A DNA stretch of 62,613 nt, the filler included. It is 5 parts of 5 records of this genome, joined end to end, with 100 filler letters (N's around TTAATTAATTAA, not from the genome) between each part and the next. Parts side by side here need not be neighbours in the genome. Positions count along the whole stretch, not along the records: positions 1 to 22,406 come from SRR31156797_5823; 4 more parts are not named here. One strand, 5' to 3'. How positions within the stretch are numbered: the first letter of the stretch is position 1; each line of letters starts with the position of its first letter. Position numbers and translations under genes: made by a program. Shown here piece by piece: positions 1-9,513 of this stretch. The notes under the pieces are model-generated. The model was given only the letters and a program-made list of their open reading frames with translations. It was not told the DNA's origin and did no database searches.

Positions 1-180
1 ATCTTCATACTCGTGCGTCAGTACTGACGTATTTCGGAGAAACCCGCACAAAAATAGGCCCCTTGGTGTATCCTCGGAATGAGTTGAAAAAAAGGTTTAA
101 AACCCCTATTATATATATGGAGTGCTTGACAATGAGAAGTGTTTTGGGCAATTTCATCATTTATTGAGGGGGCTTGAGAA

Positions 181-690
181 ATGAATAAGCGGTATTTTTT
201 CGTCGCTTTGATCGCATTTTTAGTTTTTTCCGCTGTCCCGGTTTTAGCAGGCGGGGCCATGTGGGTAGCCTCGGAGAAGGCTCGGCTTAAGTCAAAGCCG
301 AAGGCCTCTTCCACAACCCTCGCCACCCTTTCCGTGGGTACCAAAGTCTCCCTATTGGAATCCAAAAACCGCTGGTATCGAGTACTGACCTCTTCAGGGG
401 AAAAAGGTTGGATATACCGAGGAAAATTATCAAACACGCCCCCCGCGAAGGAAACAGAAGGATCCGACAACCTGTTTTCGTCCATGCAGGCCAGCAGCAT
501 CAGCGCCGATGAGGCCCAGACCTCCCGAAGCATACGGGGTCTGTCCAAGGAAACCGAGCAGTATGCCCGGAAGCGGGGAACCCCCCAGGTTTACAAAAAG
601 GCCCTGGATCAGGTTCTGGCCATTCACATTACCGGCAAGGAAGTGGATGTCTTCCTGAAAGCCGGAAAAATCGGTGAATATGCTCCTTAA
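181..690 (+). CDS. Exported SH3-like (SH3b) domain protein
   Basis: Signal peptide (MNKRYFF...VLA), SH3b-like core (V-x-L-L-E...RWYRV...GEKGWIY), C-terminal RSIRGL motif; upstream of an M48 peptidase. Confidence 0.7.
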   Translation: MNKRYFFVALIAFLVFSAVPVLAGGAMWVASEKARLKSKPKASSTTLATLSVGTKVSLLESKNRWYRVLTSSGEKGWIYRGKLSNTPPAKETEGSDNLFSSMQASSISADEAQTSRSIRGLSKETEQYARKRGTPQVYKKALDQVLAIHITGKEVDVFLKAGKIGEYAP

Positions 691-738
691 CGGTACTGAA
701 GTTTTAGAACAAAATCATTTTGCAAATGGGGTCGAACC

Positions 739-1668
739 ATGAATAGAAGGATTACGGGCATATTTTTTTTCATATGGGCATGCCTTTTTATCACCGGCAT
801 TGCTTTTGCCGCCGGCACCAACCAAGATACCAAAAGAGAGTGCGCCAACAGGTTGCAATTTGCCGGATTGCTGGACAAACTACTGGATCCCGAAAGCAAG
901 GAAAACAAAATTCTTTCGGGAGCGGTTTCGCTTCTGGGGTCTGCTTCTGAAATCGACTATAAATCCGAGAGAACCATCGGTGAAAGCCTGGCACTTGAAG
1001 GATTTCGTCGTTATGGATTGCCCGTCAAGGACAAAGCCCTTCAAAAATATGTAAACCTGGTGGGTAACGCTGTGGCAATGAATTCCGAGCGACCTGAAAT
1101 CCCATACAATTTCGTCGTGGTGGACAGCCCGCTGCAAAATGCCTTCAGCTGTCCGGGGGGCATCATTTTCATTAGTTCGGGCCTTTTGAAAACAATTCAA
1201 AGCGAAGACCAGTTGGCCGGAATCCTGGCCCACGAGGTGGCCCATGTGGGACATAAGCATGCACTGAAGTCCGTCCAGCGGGCGCAGTTTTTTAATGGTG
1301 TTGGTAAAATCACATCCGCCACCATGGAAGGGGAGAAGGGAAAACAGTTTGAAAACATGATCGGCGGTCTGCAGGACACCCTCTTTGACAAGGGCCTTGA
1401 CCAAAATATGGAATTTGAGGCGGACGCAAGCGCCATGGAAACCGCCTACCGTACCGGGTATGACCCCAATGGTCTGATTGGAGTGCTGAAAGAACTCAAA
1501 CGGATTCAATCCGGATCCACCCGGCAAGGCTCCTGGTTTTCCACCCATCCCCCCTTGCAGCAGAGGATCCGGAATTGTCAGGGTCAACTTGGTAAATACC
1601 CTGATGCAAAGAGCCTGGCCCATCTTACGAATCGATTCCAGCAATATCAAAACCGTATCCCCCACTGA
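739..1668 (+). CDS. M48 family zinc metalloprotease (exported)
   Basis: Signal peptide, NAFSCPGG, HEVAH zinc motif, E-F-E-A-D, FSTHP. Confidence 0.9.
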   Translation: MNRRITGIFFFIWACLFITGIAFAAGTNQDTKRECANRLQFAGLLDKLLDPESKENKILSGAVSLLGSASEIDYKSERTIGESLALEGFRRYGLPVKDKALQKYVNLVGNAVAMNSERPEIPYNFVVVDSPLQNAFSCPGGIIFISSGLLKTIQSEDQLAGILAHEVAHVGHKHALKSVQRAQFFNGVGKITSATMEGEKGKQFENMIGGLQDTLFDKGLDQNMEFEADASAMETAYRTGYDPNGLIGVLKELKRIQSGSTRQGSWFSTHPPLQQRIRNCQGQLGKYPDAKSLAHLTNRFQQYQNRIPH

Positions 1669-1701
1669 TGTCTTCTTTGTACTTCTCCCCGACCTGGAGC
1701 C

Positions 1702-3144
1702 ATGACCATGAATATTGTAGAGCAGCCTGACAAACTCGACAAGCACTACGGCGCTGAAACCATTCCACCCGTTCGACTACCACTGGACATGGGATCCCTG
1801 GTTGAAGCCTTCAAACATATCCTGGACCGGGTTTATTCAGGTATTATTTTCTGCGACAAAGATTCCAAAATCCTGTTTATGAATCGTTTCTATGCCAGTC
1901 TTCTGAAAGCGGACCGGGAAGAGGCTGTCGGGAAGCACATTAAAAAATATTTTCCCTCATCCCGGCTGCCGGTTGTTCTTGAAACGGGCCAGGCGGAGCT
2001 GGGCAAGAAATGCAGTTTGCGAACCAATCTTGCACTGCTCGTGAACCGTGTGCCCATTGAACGGGATGGTGAGACGGTGGGGGTGGTTCTGCAAACCACA
2101 TTCAGGGATTTCACCGAGATCAACGACGTGATAACCCGCCTCAATCTGCTGGAAAAGGAGGTCAATTATTACAAAGAAGAGTTGGGCAACATCCTTTCGG
2201 CCACCTATTCCTTTGAATCCATTGTGGGTAAAAACAAACGTTTGGTCGACGCCAAAAGAATGGCTGAAAAGTACGCCAGAACCGATTCTCCCGTTTTGAT
2301 ACTGGGTGCTACGGGAACCGGCAAGGAGCTGTTTGCCCACGCGGTCCACCGGGCCAGCCGACGGAAAAACGGGCCGTTTGTGTGCGTCAATTGCGCGGCA
2401 ATCCCAAGGGAACTTCTGGAATCGGAACTTTTCGGCTATGTGGCCGGCGCATTTACCGGCGCCAAACGGGGGGGAAAGTCCGGAAAGATCGAAATGGCCC
2501 ATGGGGGAACCCTTTTCCTGGATGAAATCGGTGATCTTCCCCTGAACGCCCAGGCAAAGCTGTTGCGGGTTCTGGAAACCAAAAAGATCGAGCGGGTCGG
2601 GGGCGTGAAAACCAGTTCCGTGGATTTCAGGCTGGTGGCCGCCACCAACAAGGGCCTTCGAGAAATGATTCACCGCAATGAATTTCGTGAAGATGTCTTT
2701 TATCGGCTTAATACCCTGACCGTGGAAATCCCGTCGCTTTCTGAAAGAACCGACGATATTCCGGCGCTGGTTCATTTTTTCCTCAAATCGTCCGGAAATG
2801 GGCATATGGAAGTCTCGGAAGCTGTGATTAAGATGCTGGAGTGCTATTCCTGGCCGGGCAATGTCCGGGAGTTAAAAAATGTGGTCATGCGGGCCATCAG
2901 TTTAATCGAAGGTCATACTTTTGAAGTGGAACACTTGCCCATGGAAATCGTTCGTTTTCAGTCCGACTGTTCGGATCAAACCCCGTCCCACATCGGACCC
3001 CTTTCAACGGAATTGAAACGTTACGAAAAAAAAGTGTTGGCGCAAGCCTTGCGCTTGAACAGTGGCAACATGAGCAAAACGGCCAGGTTGCTCGGTATTT
3101 CCCGGTCCACCCTCTACGAAAAATGCCGTATTCATGAACTTTGA
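1702..3144 (+). CDS. PAS-domain sigma54-dependent transcriptional activator (bEBP, Fis-type HTH)
   Basis: PAS-like N-terminus, Walker [15 protein letters not shown] loop, [15 protein letters not shown]-terminal HTH ([15 protein letters not shown]). Confidence 0.95.
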   Translation: MTMNIVEQPDKLDKHYGAETIPPVRLPLDMGSLVEAFKHILDRVYSGIIFCDKDSKILFMNRFYASLLKADREEAVGKHIKKYFPSSRLPVVLETGQAELGKKCSLRTNLALLVNRVPIERDGETVGVVLQTTFRDFTEINDVITRLNLLEKEVNYYKEELGNILSATYSFESIVGKNKRLVDAKRMAEKYARTDSPVLILGATGTGKELFAHAVHRASRRKNGPFVCVNCAAIPRELLESELFGYVAGAFTGAKRGGKSGKIEMAHGGTLFLDEIGDLPLNAQAKLLRVLETKKIERVGGVKTSSVDFRLVAATNKGLREMIHRNEFREDVFYRLNTLTVEIPSLSERTDDIPALVHFFLKSSGNGHMEVSEAVIKMLECYSWPGNVRELKNVVMRAISLIEGHTFEVEHLPMEIVRFQSDCSDQTPSHIGPLSTELKRYEKKVLAQALRLNSGNMSKTARLLGISRSTLYEKCRIHEL

Positions 3145-3166
3145 TTTTTTTCACCTCCTCTGAAAC

Positions 3167-3202
3167 TGTCCGGAAACCCGGACACGTCCGGATATTCGGA
3201 CA
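3167..3202. promoter_or_regulatory. Tandem palindromic upstream activator sequences for the bEBP
   Basis: TGTCCGGAAACCCGGACA (3167-3184) immediately followed by CGTCCGGATATTCGGACA (3185-3202), ~135-170 bp upstream of a sigma54 promoter. Confidence 0.75.
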
Positions 3203-3336
3203 TATTTTTTAACCTTTCGGAATTGATATCCTCCTTTTAAAATCCTTTAATAATTCTCCCTTATAAAACTTTTTCTTTGTATTTTCTTATATATAAATGA
3301 AATCTCATGGATCCGGAATCCTGATAGTCAGAGCTA

Positions 3337-3352
3337 TGGCATCTCTTTTGCA
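3337..3352 (+). promoter_or_regulatory. Sigma54 (-24/-12) promoter
   Basis: TGGCATCTCTTTTGCA; GG at 3338-39 and GC at 3350-51 have canonical spacing; AT-rich tract between UAS and promoter. Confidence 0.85.
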
Positions 3353-3479
3353 TTTCATGCTGGGAATTCCATATCAGAGGAACTATTCATATGCAGACAT
3401 TAACTCCAGGGCCTCATGGGGAAAAAATGTCTGATCAACAAGTCATTGGATGTAAAATTTTCAGGAGGGAAATTTCATT

Positions 3480-5123
3480 ATGGACGGAAAATATGTTCGG
3501 AGTGAGTTTATTGTTCCCCGTTGTACCGACGCGTGCCCGGCCGGGGTAGATGTGCCCCGGTACATCCGCGCCGTAAAAGACGGCAAGTATGATGAGGCCG
3601 TTTCGGTATTAAGGGAAAAACTACCTTTGCCGACGGTTTGCGCGGATGCATGTTTTGCCCCTTGCGAAGAGGTGTGTGCATACAAGCAGTTCGGGGATCC
3701 GATTGCGATTCGCGCTATCAAACGGGCGGCGGTGGACAATGGTGGAGATGCTTGGAAAAGCGCCAGGAAAACAGCGGCTAAAACCGGTAAAAAAGCCGCG
3801 GTGGTCGGTGCCGGCCCAGCGGGTTTGACGGTCGCCTATTATCTGGCCGGTAAGGGCCATGACGTGACGCTGTTTGACGCTTTTCCCAAAGCGGGTGGTG
3901 CCATGCGGTATGGCATTCCCAATTATCGACTGCCTGAAGAGAGACTGGACAAGGACATCAGCGACATCCTGGAGAAGGGCATCACTTTCAAAGGGGAAAC
4001 GGTCATTGGAAAAGATGTGACCATGGACGACCTCAAGAAGGATTTTGACGCTGTTTTTCTGGGCTCCGGTGCCAACGGCAGCACAAAGATTGACGTGGAC
4101 GGCTCCGACAAGGACGGCGTGTTCTGGGGATGGGATTTCCTCAAAGATGTTGCCTTGGGTGAAACATTCGACATGAACGGTGATGTGGTCGTCGTGGGTG
4201 GCGGAAACGTGGCCATTGACGTGGCGTTGACCGCGAGACGTCTGGGCGCCGAAAACGTAGGGTTGTTTTGCCTGGAATCCCGGGAAGAAATGCCGGCCCA
4301 TGCCTGGGAAATTGCCCGGGCAGAAGAAGAAGGCGTCGTAATCAATAACGGATGGGGTCCGGTGGAAGTACTGGGAGACGGAGCGGCTGCAGGGTTGCGT
4401 TTTCAGAAATGTGTAGCCGTATTTGATAAGACCTGCACTTTCAACCCGGTCTTTGACACTCAAAGCACCGAAAAGGCGGATGCGTCAACCATCATTCTGG
4501 CCGTTGGCCAGACCGCCGATCTGGGTTATGTGGAAGGGCAAGCCGGTATTGAAGCGGACAAGGGCCGTGTTGCCGTATCCGATACTCAGGTTACGGGCGA
4601 TGCCGCGGTGTTTGCCGGCGGCGATGTGGTCAGTGGTCCTGACTCCATTATCAACGCCATTGCTCAGGGTCGGAAAGCGGCCGGTGCCATGGATGCCCAC
4701 CTGGGTGGCGACGGTAATATAGAGGAAGTCCTGGCAACACCCGAGGACGAGATTTCTCTGCCACCCTTTTTGATGGATGTAAAACCTCGAAACGAAATGG
4801 GCATTTTGAAACCATGGGCGCGACTGAATGGTTTTGATCAGGTGGAAACCGGTCTCAGCGATCAGGCCATTACAGCTGAAGCGGGTCGATGCCTGAACTG
4901 CGATGCCCGTAAGTTCGAGGTGGTTTTGAATATTGAAAACTGTAAAGAATGTGGGTATTGCATAGAAGCTTGTGGTGTGGGTACATTCGGTCCTGCCAGT
5001 ATTTTCAATACAAAGGGGTATCGGCCGGCCGAGGTCAAGTCTTCAGATTGGTGCGTTGGGTGCTTCAAGTGCTACTTTTCCTGCCCCGACTTCGCCATTG
5101 ATGTTGCAGAAGTAATAGCCTGA
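3480..5123 (+). CDS. GltD/NfnB-like FAD/NAD(P) oxidoreductase fused to a C-terminal 2x[4Fe-4S] ferredoxin (OFOR delta-like)
   Basis: CTDACP, VVGAGPAG, YGIP, GGGNVAID, AGGDVVSG, EAGRCLNC, then CKECGYCIEAC and CVGCFKCYFSCP. Confidence 0.85.
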   Translation: MDGKYVRSEFIVPRCTDACPAGVDVPRYIRAVKDGKYDEAVSVLREKLPLPTVCADACFAPCEEVCAYKQFGDPIAIRAIKRAAVDNGGDAWKSARKTAAKTGKKAAVVGAGPAGLTVAYYLAGKGHDVTLFDAFPKAGGAMRYGIPNYRLPEERLDKDISDILEKGITFKGETVIGKDVTMDDLKKDFDAVFLGSGANGSTKIDVDGSDKDGVFWGWDFLKDVALGETFDMNGDVVVVGGGNVAIDVALTARRLGAENVGLFCLESREEMPAHAWEIARAEEEGVVINNGWGPVEVLGDGAAAGLRFQKCVAVFDKTCTFNPVFDTQSTEKADASTIILAVGQTADLGYVEGQAGIEADKGRVAVSDTQVTGDAAVFAGGDVVSGPDSIINAIAQGRKAAGAMDAHLGGDGNIEEVLATPEDEISLPPFLMDVKPRNEMGILKPWARLNGFDQVETGLSDQAITAEAGRCLNCDARKFEVVLNIENCKECGYCIEACGVGTFGPASIFNTKGYRPAEVKSSDWCVGCFKCYFSCPDFAIDVAEVIA

Positions 5124-5145
5124 AACCTGAAGGAGGGTTAATCAT

Positions 5146-6321
5146 ATGAAAAGGTATTTGGAAACAGGAAATTTCGCGATCACCGAAGGGGCGATTCTGG
5201 CGGGTTGCAGATTCTTCTCCGGCTATCCGATTACGCCGGCCACCGAATTGGCGGAAGCCATGAGCCACAGGCTGCCCCAGGTGAACGGAGTCTATCTGCA
5301 AGCCGAGGACGAGTGTGCCGCCATGCACATGTGCATCGGCGCATCCCTGGGCGGCATGAAGGCCATGACGGCCACATCGGGACCCGGTTTTATTTTGTAT
5401 ATGGATCCCTACGGCTGGGCTTTGGGCTGTGAATCTCCCATGGTGGTTCTCAACTCAGGCCGTGTGGGACCCGTGAGCGGTATTACGGGAGCACCGGGTC
5501 AGGGAGAATTCTATCTCATGCGTTACCCCACCCAGGGTGGAAACTTTGAAGCCATCTGCCTGGCGCCCAATACGGCACAGGAATGCATGGCCATGACCGT
5601 TGAGGCCTTCTACCTGTCTGAGCGGTTCCGCATGCCCGTGTCCGTTTTGGCGGACCAGCTCATTACCGACGGATTTGAAGACATCAGTGTTCCTGAAAAT
5701 GACGATGAGATGAAAGAGATGGGTTTTCGCACATGGCCCAGAAAAATCTGCCGGGGACCTGAATTCTATCCGGCAACAGACGCCCTGGATGTACCCCCGG
5801 TGGTCATGGGACACAACACCGGCGCGCTCTGTTCCGACTGGACCCCCACCGAAGAGGGTTTTGACATCGAAGAGGTGGAAGCCCATCACAAACATGCCTA
5901 TAGACTGATTTACAAAGTCCGGAACAACAAGGACATCTTTAATCATCACTACGAGAAGAAGTACATGGACGATGATCCGGACCTGGTGGTGGTCTCCTAC
6001 GGCAGCCCCTCACGGGTGGTCAACACGGCCGTTGAAAAAGCGCGTGGCATGGGGCTGAAAATCGGATCCCTCCGTCTCATCAATATCTGGCCCTTTCCCG
6101 ACGAACATTTCGACCGCAAGACCAAATATCTGTCCGTGGAACTCAACTGGGACGGTCAACTGGTCCGTGAAGTGAAGCGAGCGGCGCCCAAGGATAGCCA
6201 GATCAATTTCCTGGGGACCTGCGGGGACTTGCCCACCACCCCCGATCTGATTGAAACCTTTGAGAAAATCCTTAAAGATGAGCCCCTCAGTCGACAAGGT
6301 TGGGTATTGGAGGAATGGTAG
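5146..6321 (+). CDS. 2-oxoacid:ferredoxin oxidoreductase alpha subunit (KorA/VorB-like)
   Basis: GYPITP, QAEDE, TATSGPG, AFYLSERFRMPV, IWPFP; RBS AGGAGG. Confidence 0.9.
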   Translation: MKRYLETGNFAITEGAILAGCRFFSGYPITPATELAEAMSHRLPQVNGVYLQAEDECAAMHMCIGASLGGMKAMTATSGPGFILYMDPYGWALGCESPMVVLNSGRVGPVSGITGAPGQGEFYLMRYPTQGGNFEAICLAPNTAQECMAMTVEAFYLSERFRMPVSVLADQLITDGFEDISVPENDDEMKEMGFRTWPRKICRGPEFYPATDALDVPPVVMGHNTGALCSDWTPTEEGFDIEEVEAHHKHAYRLIYKVRNNKDIFNHHYEKKYMDDDPDLVVVSYGSPSRVVNTAVEKARGMGLKIGSLRLINIWPFPDEHFDRKTKYLSVELNWDGQLVREVKRAAPKDSQINFLGTCGDLPTTPDLIETFEKILKDEPLSRQGWVLEEW

Positions 6322-7170
6322 ATGGAATATAAAGCGAGCGAAATTACTGCAAAATATTTACGTTCCAGGAAGATCCCCAGCACGGCGTGTTCCGGATGCG
6401 GCCTGGGAATGAACCACAAGGTTCTGGTACAGGCCATTGATGAGCTGGGCCTGGATGTGGCGGATGTCATCTGGGGTACTTCCATCGGATGTGCCGGCCG
6501 GCAGACCTTTGCCACCTGGAAAGGGGATGGCTTCGCCGGAACACACGGCAGGGTGTATGCCATCGCCCGGGGGCTGCGCATTGCCCTTCCGCCGGAAAAG
6601 AAGATTATCCTGACCGTTGGAGACGGGGATGCATTCGGTATCGGCCTCATGCACCTGATTCACGCGGCCCGGTCCAACGCTGACATGACCGTGCTGGTCA
6701 ACGACAACCTGGGTTACCAGTCCACCGGCGGGCAGTATGGGTGGACCACGCCCCAGGGCAGCCACACGGACAGCAGCCCCTACGGCATGTTTGAGCACAA
6801 CCTCATGAGCGACGGTATGGATGTCATGCACATTTTGAAAGGCGCCGGCGCAACCTTCCTGGCACGCCATGTGGCCATGGACGGAGCCCGGGCTGTTGAC
6901 ACCGTCAAGAAAGCCATCGAGAATAAAGGTTTTTCACTGGTTCACATGCCTTACCCCTGCCCCACCAATTTCGGCTCCAGGGAGTTGGGGTCCAGAAACC
7001 AGGTCAATATCTACAAATGGATTGAAAGACAGGCGGCACCCCTGGGTCAGGAGAAGGAAGATACGGTGTGGGCCACAGGCATATGGCATGATGCCAGCAA
7101 CTCCAGGCCTGAGTTTTCCGAATTTGTGCACGAGACCCTCGAAAAGATCAGGAGGACCGGAAGCATATGA
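6322..7170 (+). CDS. 2-oxoacid:ferredoxin oxidoreductase beta subunit (TPP-binding)
   Basis: CSGCG, IGC, THGR, GDGDA TPP motif, TGGQ, PCPT. Confidence 0.9.
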   Translation: MEYKASEITAKYLRSRKIPSTACSGCGLGMNHKVLVQAIDELGLDVADVIWGTSIGCAGRQTFATWKGDGFAGTHGRVYAIARGLRIALPPEKKIILTVGDGDAFGIGLMHLIHAARSNADMTVLVNDNLGYQSTGGQYGWTTPQGSHTDSSPYGMFEHNLMSDGMDVMHILKGAGATFLARHVAMDGARAVDTVKKAIENKGFSLVHMPYPCPTNFGSRELGSRNQVNIYKWIERQAAPLGQEKEDTVWATGIWHDASNSRPEFSEFVHETLEKIRRTGSI

Positions 7171-7700
7171 AAAACAGAATCGAAATTGTGGCAAGCGGTT
7201 TTGGCGGACAGGGCGTCGTCAGGCTCGGGCAGATTGTTGGAGAAGCCGGGGTCAAGCAGGATCTGCACGTGACCATGCTCAAGAGTCACGGTACGGAAAT
7301 GCGCGGCGGCTATGTGAGGAGTCAGGTGGTCCTGTCCAAAAGTATTATCGACAGCCCCATGTGTGAATCCCCGGACTATTTTGTGGCACTCTCCAAGGGG
7401 GCCTATGACCGGTTCAAGGACACGGTACCGGCGGAAGGGTTGATCATCTATGACCCGGCCTTCGTGGAAGAGATTGACGAAAGTCTTCCCTGCACCCAGA
7501 AGGCCTTTCCCGCAAAGGATCTTTCCATGGAGCATTTCAACAATCCGCTTTTTGCCAACACCCTGGTGCTGGGCCATATGGCAAAGGTGATTGACGGCCT
7601 TGAAAAGGATGTGGTCTTAGAAAGCATCCTGATGGTGATTCCCAAGTTCCACGACCGGAATCGTCAGGCCTACCAGATCGGCTATGATTACGGTAACTGA
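7167..7700 (+). CDS. 2-oxoacid:ferredoxin oxidoreductase gamma subunit
   Basis: GFGGQG, GTEMRGG, SQVVLS; ATGA overlap with beta. Confidence 0.9.
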   Translation: MKNRIEIVASGFGGQGVVRLGQIVGEAGVKQDLHVTMLKSHGTEMRGGYVRSQVVLSKSIIDSPMCESPDYFVALSKGAYDRFKDTVPAEGLIIYDPAFVEEIDESLPCTQKAFPAKDLSMEHFNNPLFANTLVLGHMAKVIDGLEKDVVLESILMVIPKFHDRNRQAYQIGYDYGN

Positions 7701-7752
7701 TTTGACGTTGCCGATACGAAACCCTCAGTCTAAAGAAAGGGGTAATTAGTTA

Positions 7753-9285
7753 ATGCGGACTATCAGGTATTTTATCGACAAACGGGCCGAGAATGAGCCG
7801 GATAAGACCTATATGATAGCCCCTGAGCCTGGATTGAGTCTATCCTATGGACAGCTGCAGGAAGACTCAATCCGGTTTGCAAAATATCTGGCAAAGATGG
7901 GGTTAGAAAAGGGAGATAAGGTCTCCTTCATGTTGGCGAACGGCTACCAGGCCAATAAAATATTTCAAGGAACCATGTATGGGGGGTTCGTGGTGGCACC
8001 CCTCAACTTGATGGCTCAGCCTTCCCAGTTGGTATATGTGCTGGAGCATTCGGACACCAAGGTTGTCTTTTATTCCGAAGACCAGAAAGATCGCCTGACA
8101 ACGGCTGCGGCCGAAGTGGCGCGGGACATCAAGCTTATAGAGATTGATAATGATTCGGAAAGTATTATCCCTGGAAATGAGGATTTTTCAGGTCTATCAC
8201 TTCCGGAGGTAGCAGAAGAGGATGATGCGCTGTTGTTATACACCTCCGGAACCACCGGTGTGCCCAAGGGCGTGATACTATCCAACAAGAATATGGTGGC
8301 GGGCGGTGAATACACCACCCTGGCCCATGAATTGACACCTGAAGACCGGGCACTTTGCTCCCTTCCCCTTTATCACATTAATGGGGAAGTGGTCACATCC
8401 GTGACACCCCTGGTGAGTGGGAGCAGCGTCGTGGTGCCCAGGAAATTCAGCACCAGCAATTTCTGGGAATTGATATCCGAATACAAATGCACCTGGTTCA
8501 GCGTGGTGCCCACCATGATTTCATATCTGTGCAGCGCAACGGATCTTTCAGGGAAAGATTTCAACCTGGACCAGGTCCGTTTCGGCCGGTCCGCTTCCTC
8601 GGCCCTGCCACCGTCCTTGCACCACACATTTGAAGAAAAATTCGGCATTTCCATTGTGGAAACCATGGGCCTTACCGAGACGGCGGCACCTGTCTTCTCC
8701 AACCCCATGGATCCCAAACTGCGAAAGTATGGATCACCGGGCCCCGCCGTGGGGAACACCGCCAAGATTATCGATGAAAAGGGCGTTGAACTACCGCGAG
8801 GAGAGCAGGGCGAGATCATGATCAAGGGCGACAATGTCATGAAGGAATATTACAAGGCGCCCGATATTACGGCAAACACCATTGAACCGGATGGATGGCT
8901 TCATACGGGGGATCTGGGATATATGGACGAAGACGGGTTTGTCTTTGTCACAGGCCGGATCAAGGAACTCATTATCAAGGGAGGCGAAAATATTGCTCCC
9001 AAGGAGATTGATGAGGCCCTTTACCAACACCCTGCCGTATTGGACGCGGCGGCGGTGGGGATTCCCGATGACGCATATGGTGAAGAAATTCTGGCTTGTG
9101 TCACCCTGCAGCCCGGTAGCAACATTACCGAGCAGGAATTGTTGGACCACTGCATGGAACTGCTGGGGAAATTTAAGACCCCTAAGACCATCAAGCTGAT
9201 GGACGAGCTACCAAAGGGACCATCCGGGAAAATTCAACGACTGAAATTGCCCGATTTAATAAAAAAACTTGAGGAAACCCTATGA
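7753..9285 (+). CDS. AMP-forming acyl-CoA ligase, resembling sulfoacetate-CoA ligase SauT
   Basis: YTSGTTGVPKG, LPLYHING, RSASSALPP, ETMGLTETAAP..SNP, TGDLG, KELIIKGGENIAP, LPKGPSGKIQRLKL. Ligase call firm; SauT assignment from recalled motif resemblance only. Confidence 0.85.
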   Translation: MRTIRYFIDKRAENEPDKTYMIAPEPGLSLSYGQLQEDSIRFAKYLAKMGLEKGDKVSFMLANGYQANKIFQGTMYGGFVVAPLNLMAQPSQLVYVLEHSDTKVVFYSEDQKDRLTTAAAEVARDIKLIEIDNDSESIIPGNEDFSGLSLPEVAEEDDALLLYTSGTTGVPKGVILSNKNMVAGGEYTTLAHELTPEDRALCSLPLYHINGEVVTSVTPLVSGSSVVVPRKFSTSNFWELISEYKCTWFSVVPTMISYLCSATDLSGKDFNLDQVRFGRSASSALPPSLHHTFEEKFGISIVETMGLTETAAPVFSNPMDPKLRKYGSPGPAVGNTAKIIDEKGVELPRGEQGEIMIKGDNVMKEYYKAPDITANTIEPDGWLHTGDLGYMDEDGFVFVTGRIKELIIKGGENIAPKEIDEALYQHPAVLDAAAVGIPDDAYGEEILACVTLQPGSNITEQELLDHCMELLGKFKTPKTIKLMDELPKGPSGKIQRLKLPDLIKKLEETL

Positions 9286-9513
9286 TTTTGCTCAGGTTTA
9301 ATTCTTTGGTTACCTGAATTTCAATGTTTTTTGGATATTGTCATTCAGGGTATATATGGTAAAAAACGCGGTAAACGATGATGGTGAAAGGCGCAAGGCA
9401 TTTCGCAGAAGATATTTTTCTGCCAAAAGTCTTGGGCCTTTTGCCGTTTCAATTTTTTTGAGTTTTCTGTAAGCTACCCAGGCCAACCCGGTTTTACAGA
9501 CGAGGTTTCCCAT

